This document shows, in pieces, positions 1-9,075 of a DNA stretch of 45,487 nucleotides. This stretch comes from an uncultured Luteolibacter sp. (GTDB lineage: Bacteria > Verrucomicrobiota > Verrucomicrobiia > Verrucomicrobiales > Akkermansiaceae). Below the pieces are notes generated by a model that did no database searches, had not been told where the DNA came from, and saw nothing but the letters and a program-made list of their open reading frames with translations. The stretch is taken from assembly GCA_964629955.1 (NCBI GenBank), contig CAZVSA010000003.1:1-45487 (forward strand). The letters run 5' to 3'. Numbering within the stretch: the first letter of the stretch is position 1; each line of letters begins with the position of its first letter. The position numbers were made by a program, and so were the translations under genes.

Positions 1-59
1 GCGTTGCCGCCGCGATTCCCGGAACACTTTTGGCATCCTGCCCGCGCCACGTGGGACGG

Positions 60-3000
60 TCAGTTGCCCGCTTTGGCGGAGGCGGGATCGTAGGGCTTTG
101 GTTCGATCTTCGCTTTTTCCGAGGCCGGCGGGGTCTTGAGCGAGTCCAGATAGGCGATGAGATCGCGCACCTCGCGGATGGTGAGCATGGCTTCCATCGG
201 AGGCATGGTGGATACCGGTTCGGTGGCGGACTGGACATCGGATTTCTTCACCCGCCATGCATCCGTTCCGACAACGACATCGTAGTGTTCTTCGGTTTCC
301 GCATGGAGAATGCCGCCGAGCGAACCGCCGTTGGCGAGGCTGAGGGAAATGATCCCGAAGCCGGGTGCAAGCTCCGCGCTGGGCTGGATCAGGGATTTCA
401 GGAGGTATTGCCGGTCGTGTTGCGCGCCCACGCCCGCGAGATTGGGACCGGCATCCGCGCCGGTTTCTCCTTTGGAATCCCCGACGAGATGGCAGCGCAT
501 GCATTGGGCCGCGCCGTGGTTGTAGAAGAGGTTTTCGCCACGGCGGGCGTCGCCGCCATTGAGAGCGGGCAGCCATTTGGAGAGGGGGTTTTCCGCATCG
601 AGCGATTTGCGGTGGCTGTCCAGGGCGGCTTTCACGGCGGGTTCCTCCCGTTTTTCCGCGGCTTCGACGATCTCGATCAGGGAATCCGGATCGGATTGGT
701 TTTGGAGAGCTCCGGCGATGAGCGCGGCGGAGGCATCGCCGGGGATGGTTGCGAGAACGTCCCATGCGGCCTGCCTGCGGGCCGCTCCCGGGGACTCCAG
801 TGTGGTTTTCGCGCTTTCGAGGGCTTGGCCGGGATTGCGCTTGGCAAGCAGTGAAAGGGCCTCCGCCGCCACGGAATCGGAGGGGTCGTTGGCGAGGGAA
901 ATGAGAAGATCGTCGGCATTTCCGGAATCGCCGGCGAGCAGAAGCTCCAGAGCGGCGGAGCGGGCGGCTTCCGGGAGGGAGGCGGTGTTCGCGATCCGCA
1001 GCAGGGATTCGGCGGGCAGCGATTCCTTGCCCAGCTTCAGGGCGTCCACCAGTCCGAGGGTGGGAGCGAGAAGGAATTCCGCTCCTGCAAGCAGAGCCGG
1101 AAGCCCGGCCTCGAAAATCGGAGCCACATCATCCAAGGAGCGTTTGGGAAGCGGATCCCAGATGCCGATGGATTGATCCACGGGATGCGGTTCGGGCCAT
1201 TGGGAAAGGAGGCGGAGCGCTTCGGTGCGCTGATCCTGCTCCAGGCCCTCGCTTGCGGCGGCGGAGATCAGGCGTTTGGCATTTTCCTGACCGCCGAGAC
1301 GGAAGGCGGTGTGAAGCAAGCGGCGGGCGATCATCGGCTTGAGTTTCCGGCCAGAGGCGTTTTCCGCGTTGTAGGCGTCGAGCAACGCGGCGACAGCGGC
1401 GCGCGCGCCGTCGATCCGTTCGTCGTGGATGCCGCGAATCGCTTCATCGGCAACGGAGGGATCGGCATCCGTGAGGAAATCCGCGATTCGGGCATCCTTC
1501 AAACGCCGCAGGGCGACCACCGCCGCGGTACGGACGGAAGACGAGGAGTGGCTCGCCAGAGAGGCGATCTGCCCGGCATCCGCGGCTCCCAGCAAGCCCA
1601 TGATCCCGGCGTGACGGAGGTAGAGATCGGCATCGGCGTTTTCTTCCAACAGGGCGAGAATTGGTTCGTAGGCTTCCCTGGCTTTGTGCCGTCCCAAGGA
1701 GATGGCGGCGAAGGAGCGGACCCGCAGCGAGTCGTCCTGGAGCAGGGAAATGAGAGAGGAGGACTGGATTCCTTTCACCTCTCCCAGCCATTGGGCGGCT
1801 TGCGCGCGGACTTCGGGGTGATCGTCCTTGAGAAGGGAAACCAGCTCCGCGGCCGCGGTGGCATCATTGTGTTTCCGGGCGCGGATTCCCAATCCCCAGA
1901 GACCGTGAAGGCGGACGAACAGGTCGTCCTGGCGGGTGGCGGCGGTGAGCGGGGCGGTGCCGTCCTTGCGCCCGGCGAGGGTGATGTGGGCGCGCATGCG
2001 GACGCGCTGGTCCGCGTGGGCGAAGAGCCTTGCGAGTTCGGCGTTGGAACGCTTGTCGAAACCTTCGCGGATCAGCTTCGCGGTGTCGGGAGTGAGTCCG
2101 GAGTTTTCCTCCTTGTCCGCGGTGAGCGAGTAGATGCGCCCGGCCTCGTGGGAAGTCCATCCACTGATGAAGTCCGCGACGTAGAGGCGGCCGTCGAAGC
2201 CGTATTCGACATCCGTGGGGGCGACGCCGGTGTTGAATTTGTAAGCTCCCTTGTAATTCATCCCCGCGCCGTCCATTTCTACTTTGAAGGACCAGAGATT
2301 GGAAATCGCGGGACTGGCTTTGTAGTCGCAGAGAAGGAAGCGTCCGCGCTCGCTTTCGAGGAAACCGGAACCCGGATGATAGGTGAGGCCGGAAGGGCCG
2401 TTGCTCAGTTCCCCGACGGGAGGAACGATGAAGGCGGGCTGATCGTCATTGCGGACGTTGGCCATTTTTTCCGTCATCCACGGGCTGATGGGGCGCTCGG
2501 GCAGGCCGATGTCTTCGCGGAAGGTGTGAAGGGCCTGGTGCTGCATCCTCCAGCCGGAGTCCACTCCGTCCATGATGTAAACGATGCGGGAAGGGTCGCC
2601 CTGGTCGGAATTGTTGTCCACGGTGACGCCGTTGCCGAACTCGTCGAACGCGATTTCCTTGGGATTTCGCAAGCCGGTGTGGATGACTTCAAAATCCGAC
2701 CCATCCGGCTCGAAGCGGAAAATCGCACCCTCGGCGGGGTAATGGTATTTCACTCCCTCGCGGGTGACGGTGCTGAATCCTCGGTCGCCGATGGTGCCGT
2801 AGATGCGGCCGTCGTTGCCGAGGGCGAAGCCGTTCAGGTCGTGGCCGGAGAGGGAAATCCGCACGCCGAAGCCATCGGCCACCTGCCAGCGTTTGTCCGC
2901 CACGCCGTTGCCCGTGGTGTCCTCCAGAACGTGGATGGAGGGAATGCAGGCGAAGTAGGTTTTTCCCTGATAGGAGAAAATTCCGGCGGCGGTGCCGTCG

Positions 3001-3926
3001 AGCACGTTGTTGAAACCGTCCGCGAACACGGTCATCGAATCCGCCTTGGCGTCGCCGTTTTCATCCGTGAGGCGGCGGATGATTTCAGTCCTCTCGGTCA
3101 GTTTTTCGAGCGGGAGTTTTTCCTTCCACTTTTCATGGAGCGCCACGCGGTCGTCGGTGCTCTGGGCGGCGAGATCGTCGAAATACCAGTAGCGGTGGTC
3201 GCGGTCGTCCATCACGCCGAAGCGGAAACGGTGGGTTTCCGTGACGTAGAGAGCGCCGCTCTCATCGAAGGCGAAGGCCGTGGGGCTGGTGATCTTGTGG
3301 CTGGCGTGATCCGCATAGACGGTGAGGCTGCTGCCTTCCGGGATGTTGTTTCCGGGAATGACGCCGGAATCCACCAGCTTCGTCTCCGGCATGCCCGAGG
3401 CGGTGGGGCCGGGGAATTTGATCTCCTTTTCATCCGAGAAAACGAAATGGTCCGCCGCGATGATGCCCCAGCCTCCCGTTTCGTTGTCGAGGATGCGGAG
3501 GCGCGCCGCTTTTCCGTTCCATTGGGAGATGTCCCATGCGACGGGGCGGAATTTCAGATCGTTGTTTCCGGTGGCTTCGAGGGCGACTTCGCCACCCACG
3601 AGCAGTTGCACGGCGGTCTTTCCCGCATGGTTGCCGCCTGCCACGAGGAAGTGGAGAAAGGGTTTCGAGATCTGGAACTCGGGGGAAGTGAGGCTTCCGG
3701 TGGCCTGATCGCCTCCGTGGCCGGAAACGGCAAACTGGTCGCCGGACTGGCCGGAGAAATCACCGTTCACTCCCGGGATGTCGCCGGAGGCCGGGCCTTT
3801 TCCAAAGCCGGTGCCTTCCTCGACCCACGTGCCGAATCCGTCTCCTTCAAAAAATTGATAGGCCTGGGAGGGCATGACACCCAGCAGGGCAACGGCGGAT
3901 GCGGCTTTGATCGGAAAGTTTTTCAT
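60..3926 (-). CDS. PVC-type heme-binding CxxCH protein (putative membrane-bound dehydrogenase: beta-propeller, HEAT repeats, cytochrome c) with an N-terminal carbohydrate-binding-like domain
   Basis: 1288 aa. Signal peptide MKNFPIKAASAVALLGVMPSQA; propeller motifs GLRNPKEIAFDEFGN and DGRLYVAD; HEAT/PBS repeats (DDHPEVRAQAA, DDSLRVRSFAA); C-terminal GDARRGENLF...CMRCH...GPNL...STMPP with an axial Met. Confidence 0.85.
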   Translation of the reverse strand: MKNFPIKAASAVALLGVMPSQAYQFFEGDGFGTWVEEGTGFGKGPASGDIPGVNGDFSGQSGDQFAVSGHGGDQATGSLTSPEFQISKPFLHFLVAGGNHAGKTAVQLLVGGEVALEATGNNDLKFRPVAWDISQWNGKAARLRILDNETGGWGIIAADHFVFSDEKEIKFPGPTASGMPETKLVDSGVIPGNNIPEGSSLTVYADHASHKITSPTAFAFDESGALYVTETHRFRFGVMDDRDHRYWYFDDLAAQSTDDRVALHEKWKEKLPLEKLTERTEIIRRLTDENGDAKADSMTVFADGFNNVLDGTAAGIFSYQGKTYFACIPSIHVLEDTTGNGVADKRWQVADGFGVRISLSGHDLNGFALGNDGRIYGTIGDRGFSTVTREGVKYHYPAEGAIFRFEPDGSDFEVIHTGLRNPKEIAFDEFGNGVTVDNNSDQGDPSRIVYIMDGVDSGWRMQHQALHTFREDIGLPERPISPWMTEKMANVRNDDQPAFIVPPVGELSNGPSGLTYHPGSGFLESERGRFLLCDYKASPAISNLWSFKVEMDGAGMNYKGAYKFNTGVAPTDVEYGFDGRLYVADFISGWTSHEAGRIYSLTADKEENSGLTPDTAKLIREGFDKRSNAELARLFAHADQRVRMRAHITLAGRKDGTAPLTAATRQDDLFVRLHGLWGLGIRARKHNDATAAAELVSLLKDDHPEVRAQAAQWLGEVKGIQSSSLISLLQDDSLRVRSFAAISLGRHKAREAYEPILALLEENADADLYLRHAGIMGLLGAADAGQIASLASHSSSSVRTAAVVALRRLKDARIADFLTDADPSVADEAIRGIHDERIDGARAAVAALLDAYNAENASGRKLKPMIARRLLHTAFRLGGQENAKRLISAAASEGLEQDQRTEALRLLSQWPEPHPVDQSIGIWDPLPKRSLDDVAPIFEAGLPALLAGAEFLLAPTLGLVDALKLGKESLPAESLLRIANTASLPEAARSAALELLLAGDSGNADDLLISLANDPSDSVAAEALSLLAKRNPGQALESAKTTLESPGAARRQAAWDVLATIPGDASAALIAGALQNQSDPDSLIEIVEAAEKREEPAVKAALDSHRKSLDAENPLSKWLPALNGGDARRGENLFYNHGAAQCMRCHLVGDSKGETGADAGPNLAGVGAQHDRQYLLKSLIQPSAELAPGFGIISLSLANGGSLGGILHAETEEHYDVVVGTDAWRVKKSDVQSATEPVSTMPPMEAMLTIREVRDLIAYLDSLKTPPASEKAKIEPKPYDPASAKAGN

Positions 3927-4123
3927 GGAATGGGCGGTCGGATGGGTTGGCGGAGGGTGGGCCTCCTTCTACGCGGGGTGCGGGGCGATCTTTTCTCCGC
4001 TCCGGTGTCGAATCAACATCGTTTATCGGAGCACCGGCTCCATTGCCGCCACGGATTTTTTCATGCTTTCATTGCATCCCGGTGCGGAGGCCGTAAAAGC
4101 TGCCCCGCCTTCCGTTTTTCCAC

Positions 4124-5044
4124 ATGAGCGACTCTCCCATCATTCTGGCCCGTGGCGTGACCAAGCGCTTCGGCGATTTCGAGGCGCTGGCCGGATTGGA
4201 TCTGGCCGTAGGAAAAGGGGAGTGTGTCGGCTTGCTCGGTCCGAACGGAGCGGGAAAATCCACCTTCATCGGTTGCCTCTACGGAGTGGTGGCCCGCAAT
4301 GGCGGCGAGCTGGAGATCTTCGGGCTCGATCCGGTGACCCGCGCCCGCGACATCAAGCGCCGGATCGGAGTGGTGCCGCAGGAAAACGCTCTGGACGACG
4401 GCCTGACGGTGCTGGAAAACATGCGGATCTACGCCCGCTTCGGCGGGATTCCAAAAAAAGAGGCCAATCCGCGGATTTCCCGGCTGCTGGCCTACATGTC
4501 CCTGGAGTCGAAGCTGGATGCGACGATCAAAACCCTCTCCGGAGGCATGAAACGCCGGTTGACCTTTGTAAGGGCATTGCTCGCCGATCCCGAGCTGCTG
4601 ATCCTGGACGAGCCGACCACCGGTCTGGATCCATCGGTGCGCCATTTGTTATGGGAAAAGGTCATCGAACTCAGGAGCCGGGGAAAAACCATTCTCGTGA
4701 CCACCCATTACATGCACGAAGCCGAGGTGCTCTGCGACAAGATCGTGATTCTCGACAGGGGCAAGGTGGTTGGCACGGGCGCCCCGCGCGAGCTGATCGA
4801 GCGGGAAGCGCCGGGTTTCGTAGGGATTTTTTCCCATGACGCGGAAACCGCGCTCGCACCCCATGTGAATGAGGCGTGGGAGATTTTCCAACAGGGCCAC
4901 CAGTGCTGCGTGAGGGCTCCGCGGTTCGATGATTTGCTGGAACTCCAGCGTGCATCCGGAAAAACCGCCCTCCAACTGCGCCCGGCGAATCTGGAAGATG
5001 TTTATCTGAAACTCACCGGCAGTGAATTGAACGAATATGAATGA
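4124..5044 (+). CDS. ABC-2 exporter ATP-binding subunit (NodI-like)
   Basis: Walker A GPNGAGKS, signature LSGGMKRR, Walker B LILDEPT, TTHYM, C-terminal LEDVYLKLTG. Confidence 0.9.
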   Translation: MSDSPIILARGVTKRFGDFEALAGLDLAVGKGECVGLLGPNGAGKSTFIGCLYGVVARNGGELEIFGLDPVTRARDIKRRIGVVPQENALDDGLTVLENMRIYARFGGIPKKEANPRISRLLAYMSLESKLDATIKTLSGGMKRRLTFVRALLADPELLILDEPTTGLDPSVRHLLWEKVIELRSRGKTILVTTHYMHEAEVLCDKIVILDRGKVVGTGAPRELIEREAPGFVGIFSHDAETALAPHVNEAWEIFQQGHQCCVRAPRFDDLLELQRASGKTALQLRPANLEDVYLKLTGSELNEYE

Positions 5045-5813
5045 AGCGCTCCTGAGTCTCCGTCTCGGCTGGCATGTGGTCGTCCGGAACTGGACGGTGT
5101 ACCGCAAGGACTTCCTCGCCAACATCTCCCCCACGCTGGCCGATCCCGCGCTGATCCTCGCCTCGCTCGGCATGGGTTTGTCCGGATTCATCGGGGAAAT
5201 CAACGGGATGACCTACGCCCAATTCCTGGCACCCGGCATGATCGCAACGACGGCGCTGTTCACCGCGTTTTTTGAAAGCAGTTATGGGTTTTATGTGCGG
5301 ATGACCTTCGAGTCGGTGTTCAAGGCGATGCTGACAACGCCGATCGGTGTGAACGAGGTGGTTTTGGGTGAGTTCATGTGGGTTTTTGTCCGGGCGGGAC
5401 TGATGGGGCTCGGCGTGTCGATCGTGCTGCTCGCGCTGGGTTTGTTGCCGAATCCTCTGGCGATTCTGGTTTGCCCGTTGATCGCCGGAGCCCTGGCGCT
5501 GCCATGTGCGGCGATCGGGCTTCTGGCCGCTTCCACGGTGCGGAACATCAATCAATTCCAAACCGTATATTCCTTCCTGATCGCACCTATTTTTTATCTG
5601 TCGGGAGTGTTTTTCCCGATTCCTTCCGGTTCGTTGTTAGGAACGATCGTTCAGTTTTCCCCATTCTATCACGGGGTGAAATTGATCCAGTTCACCGTGT
5701 GGGGGCAGGCGGAATGGGACGGCGTCCTGTGGCATGCCGGGATGCTGGTGCTTTTCATTGTCGCACTTTGCGGCCTGTCCTTCCGGCTGATCGGCAGGAA
5801 GCTGACAACGTAG
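5037..5813 (+). CDS. ABC-2 exporter permease (NodJ-like)
   Basis: About 6 hydrophobic segments; YAQFLAPG, MLTTP and LSGVFFP motifs; overlaps the ATPase stop. Confidence 0.88.
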   Translation: MNEALLSLRLGWHVVVRNWTVYRKDFLANISPTLADPALILASLGMGLSGFIGEINGMTYAQFLAPGMIATTALFTAFFESSYGFYVRMTFESVFKAMLTTPIGVNEVVLGEFMWVFVRAGLMGLGVSIVLLALGLLPNPLAILVCPLIAGALALPCAAIGLLAASTVRNINQFQTVYSFLIAPIFYLSGVFFPIPSGSLLGTIVQFSPFYHGVKLIQFTVWGQAEWDGVLWHAGMLVLFIVALCGLSFRLIGRKLTT

Positions 5814-5867
5814 GGTCTGTTCGGCATCTCCACTCGCCTTTGCCCCAGCAGCCCGACAGGGGCCGCA

Positions 5868-6359
5868 TCAGATTCTTTCCCCGGATTGCCGCAGCACGGC
5901 CAAACGGACCGGATCCGAGATGAAAAAGCGCGTTCCGGCTTCCAATTCGCGCATCGCCTGTTCGGCGGAAGGGATCCGTCCGGAGAGCTTCGCCCATGCC
6001 AATAGTCCCAATGTTCCGGTGACGCGAAGTCCGGATTCCACGGCGGCATTGCGGCCATCCAATTCGTCCACCATCACGGCGGCATGGTGTTCCCGGGCCA
6101 ACGCAAGGGCTTCGCTCTCGCCCAAGTCCAGAAAACCGAGCAGTCCGGCCACCATGGCGGTGTCCCGGACATCCGCCACCTCAAGCCATCCGGTGGTCCG
6201 GGCATCCTGCAAGCGTCGGAGAGCCGCCGGGTCGCCGATGTCCTGCAACTCCGCCCACACGGCCCGGGGAATGAGGACATGCTCCCAACGCCGGGGCAGC
6301 CAATCCAACCAATCCATTTTCGCCAGCGCGGAGAGGGGCGATGTGTCACTGACGATCAT
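5868..6359 (-). CDS. DUF3368-family PIN-domain protein (putative toxin)
   Basis: IVSDTSPL, LDLGESEALALA, VDELDGR and GTLGLL motifs; overlaps the upstream small gene by 14 bp; ATG at 6359 chosen. Confidence 0.85.
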   Translation of the reverse strand: MIVSDTSPLSALAKMDWLDWLPRRWEHVLIPRAVWAELQDIGDPAALRRLQDARTTGWLEVADVRDTAMVAGLLGFLDLGESEALALAREHHAAVMVDELDGRNAAVESGLRVTGTLGLLAWAKLSGRIPSAEQAMRELEAGTRFFISDPVRLAVLRQSGERI

Positions 6360-6600
6360 CAAGGGCGGCGTCTTCCGAAATCATCTCCGCGGTGATCTGT
6401 CTGGGAATCCGCCTTTTGCCGAGTTCATCCCAAAAGGTCTGCCTCGAAACGCCCAGCCACCGGGCCGCCAGATGGCTGTTGATCCGCCAGGCGGCATAAA
6501 GCCCGCATGCCAGATCCGTGACCAGTTCACGGTCGCGGGCGCTCTCTTCCCCGGGCAGGCGGTCGAAGATTTCCCTCGGGATGTCGAGCGTTACTTGCAT
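6346..6600 (-). CDS. UPF0175-family protein (putative antitoxin)
   Basis: 84 aa from ATG 6600 (MQVTLDIP...LACGLY...AARWLGVSRQTFWDELGKRRIP); the usual partner of DUF3368. Confidence 0.8.
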   Translation of the reverse strand: MQVTLDIPREIFDRLPGEESARDRELVTDLACGLYAAWRINSHLAARWLGVSRQTFWDELGKRRIPRQITAEMISEDAALDDRQ

Positions 6601-6649
6601 GGTGGATCCATGCCACATGGCGGGGAGATCGTCAATGTCCGCAGCCGGT

Positions 6650-8854
6650 TCAGGCGGTGCCGCAACGCTGGAGTGCCACGGCACATGCCTTGTAGTTCGG
6701 CTGGCGGGAGTGGGGATCGAAGGAAGGATGGGTGAGGCGGTTCACCTCGGGGTAGTGCATCGGCAGGAAGAGATGTCCTTGTTGGACGGTGGGGGCGGGG
6801 TAGGCCGCGGCCTCGATCTCTCCGCGACGGGAACGGATGAGAACGCGGTCACCGGCGGCGATGCGGTGCCGGAGCGCATCGGCGGGATGAATCTCGACGT
6901 AGATCTCACCGGGGTAGAGCTTTTTAAGAATGTCGGACTTGGCGGTGCGGCTCTGGGTGTGCCATTGGCTGCTGGTACCACGGCCTGTTAGAAGAAGATA
7001 GGGATAGGCGGGATCGGGAGCTTCGGGAAGTTCGGACGGAGGGGAGAAGAGGAGTTTCGCTTTGCGGCCGGGGGTGAAGTATTGGCCGTCTTCAAAGAGG
7101 CGGCGCTCGGAGGAAGCACCGGGTGGACCATGAAATGATTCAGGGAAGGGCCATTGGATGCCGCGGTGGGCGTCGAGCATTTCGTAGCCGGTGATGCCGG
7201 TGATGTCGCAAGGGCGGTCCCGGGTGAGATCGCGGAGGAGTTTGAAGGTGGATTCGGGATCGGTCCATCGGGCGAACATTTCGCCGCAACCCCACGCATC
7301 GGCGATGAGGCGGAAGATGCGGAAATCCGAGAGAGCCTCGCCGGGAGCCCGGCGGACGGGTTTGATGGTGGCGATGCGGCGCTCGGAATTGATGAAACAA
7401 CCGGATTTCTCGCCCCAGCCGGCGGCGGGCAGAAGAAGGTCCGCCGCGCGCGCGCTTTCGGTGCTGTGATACATGTCCTGAACGACGAGAAAATCGAGAT
7501 TTTCCCGCAGGGCGGCCAGGCGGCCGCTGTCCACCCAGGAGTGGAATGGATTGGTGCCGACGATCCAGAGGGCTTTGATTTCCCCGGATTCGGCGGCGGA
7601 GAGGATTTGATCGTAGGGAAGGGAAGAGTCCGCAGGGATCCGGTCGGTGGGGATGCCGAGTGTGGCGGCGACTTTTTCGCGGTGGGCGGGATCGCTGAAA
7701 TCATGTCCGCCGACAAGGGATGTGGTATTGGAGAAGAGGCGGGAACCCATGGCATTGCATTGGCCCGTGATGGAATTGGGGCCGGTGCCGGGTTTGCCGA
7801 TATTGCCGGTGATGAGGCAGAGATTGATGATCGCCTGCGCGGTGCGGACGCCTTCGTGGGATTGGTTCACGCCCATCGTCCACCACCAGGAAACCCGCTT
7901 GCCGGGTTCGGAAACGGTGCGGGCAAGGGATTCGATCTGTTCGGTGGAAAGTCCCGTTCTCGATGCGACCGATTCCGGAGTGTAGTCCCGGACGAATGCG
8001 GTGAATTCCTCGATGCTTTCGGTCCGGGCAATGGAGGCGGGATCGGTTCGGCCGTCCCGGAGAATGCAATGGGCGAGGGACAGGAAAAGGGAGAGGTCTC
8101 CTTTGGGTTTGAGGGGCAGGTAGCGGGTGGCGGCTTGCGCGGTCTCGGTGGAGCGGGGGTCGATGACGATGATTTCGGGGGAGCGTTTGTTTCGCATGAC
8201 CCGCTGCCAGAGGATGGGATGGGCGATGCAGAGATTGGCCCCGACAAGGACGATGACATCGCTTTCCTCGAAATCGGCATAGGTGGCGGGAGGCGCGTCG
8301 AAGCCGAACGATTGTTTGTACGCGGTGACGGCGGTGGCCATACATTGGCGGGTGTTGGCGTCGCAATGGAGGAAACCCATCCCGAATTTGAACAGACAGC
8401 CGAGATATGCCATTTCCTCGAAGGGGATCTGGCCGGTGGAAAGGAAGGCCACGGATTCGCGGCCGTGTTTCTCCCGGATGGATTTGAGCCGGGTGGTGAA
8501 AACGTCGAGAGCCGCGGGCCAGCCGATGGCTTGCATTTCCCCGGATTCGTCACGGAGGAGCGGAGTGACGGCCCGGTCCGGAGAGGTGAGGGGATCGAGC
8601 GCCTGCCATCCTTTCGGGCAGGCCATACCGAGATTGACGGGGTAGCCTGCCTGGGGGCTGAGGTTGATGGCCCGGCCTTCCTCGTCGAGATGGATCTTGA
8701 GCTGGCAGCCGGTGGCGCAATACCCGCAGATGGAAGTGGCGACGGAAGCGGGCTTGAGACGGGAGGGGACTTTGCCAAGGCCGAATTGGCCGGGTTCCTG
8801 AACGAGATCCCGGGTGAGAGGTCCGCCATGTTGTTTGAGGAGGCGGGAGAGCAT
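6650..8854 (-). CDS. nasA: assimilatory nitrate reductase catalytic subunit (Mo-bisPGD; NasA/NasC/NarB family)
   Basis: [4Fe-4S] motif CGYCATGC...CPKG; Mo ligand in [31 protein letters not shown] and [10 protein letters not shown] motifs; no Tat signal; nitrate-assimilation context. Confidence 0.9.
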   Translation of the reverse strand: MLSRLLKQHGGPLTRDLVQEPGQFGLGKVPSRLKPASVATSICGYCATGCQLKIHLDEEGRAINLSPQAGYPVNLGMACPKGWQALDPLTSPDRAVTPLLRDESGEMQAIGWPAALDVFTTRLKSIREKHGRESVAFLSTGQIPFEEMAYLGCLFKFGMGFLHCDANTRQCMATAVTAYKQSFGFDAPPATYADFEESDVIVLVGANLCIAHPILWQRVMRNKRSPEIIVIDPRSTETAQAATRYLPLKPKGDLSLFLSLAHCILRDGRTDPASIARTESIEEFTAFVRDYTPESVASRTGLSTEQIESLARTVSEPGKRVSWWWTMGVNQSHEGVRTAQAIINLCLITGNIGKPGTGPNSITGQCNAMGSRLFSNTTSLVGGHDFSDPAHREKVAATLGIPTDRIPADSSLPYDQILSAAESGEIKALWIVGTNPFHSWVDSGRLAALRENLDFLVVQDMYHSTESARAADLLLPAAGWGEKSGCFINSERRIATIKPVRRAPGEALSDFRIFRLIADAWGCGEMFARWTDPESTFKLLRDLTRDRPCDITGITGYEMLDAHRGIQWPFPESFHGPPGASSERRLFEDGQYFTPGRKAKLLFSPPSELPEAPDPAYPYLLLTGRGTSSQWHTQSRTAKSDILKKLYPGEIYVEIHPADALRHRIAAGDRVLIRSRRGEIEAAAYPAPTVQQGHLFLPMHYPEVNRLTHPSFDPHSRQPNYKACAVALQRCGTA

Positions 8855-8927
8855 GTAATGATAAGTCTTCAGGATGTGCTGTTTGCTTATGATTTACGGG
8901 CATTCAGGTGTTGAAAAGAAAAATGAA

Positions 8928-9055
8928 AACCACGGAAGGCACGGAAGGCACGGAAAAGGTGGGAGAAAAGTTATTGGTGATTTGTGATTCGTTATTGGGG
9001 AAGATGCATGGCTCCGATCTTCTGAAATTCCGTGTTTTCCGTGCCTTCCGTGGTT
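8928..9055. repeat. non-coding inverted-repeat element with 9-bp tandem units in its arms and a 7-bp periodic core
   Basis: Left arm AACCACGGAAGGCACGGAAGGCACGGAA (8928-8955) matches the reverse complement of 9028-9055 (AACCACGGAAGGCACGGAAAACACGGAA) at 26/28. Core GTTATTG-GTGATTT-GTGATTC-GTTATTG at 8970-8997. Confidence 0.85.
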
Positions 9056-9075
9056 CTCCATTTTTCCCTCCAAGT

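Noticed and set aside
30..46. TTGGCATCCTGCCCGCG sigma54-like match on the plus strand
   Set aside because: It points antisense into the 3' end of a gene. It shows that isolated GG-N10-GC matches arise by chance, so only oriented intergenic ones were kept.
1173..4127. 984-aa plus-strand ORF, and similar long ORFs at 7154-8914, 11358-12968, 20584-21990, 22009-24444, 33066-34622 and 41352-43133
   Set aside because: Antisense shadows of well-supported genes, expected from high-GC codon bias; no recognisable motifs.
4124..5813. nodI/nodJ as nodulation genes
   Set aside because: No nodABC; the family is widespread in non-rhizobia, so gene symbols were withheld.
8928..9055. Possible CRISPR array
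   Set aside because: Repeats are 7-9 bp tandem units without unique spacers; no cas genes. No CRISPR, tRNA or rRNA was recognised anywhere in the window.
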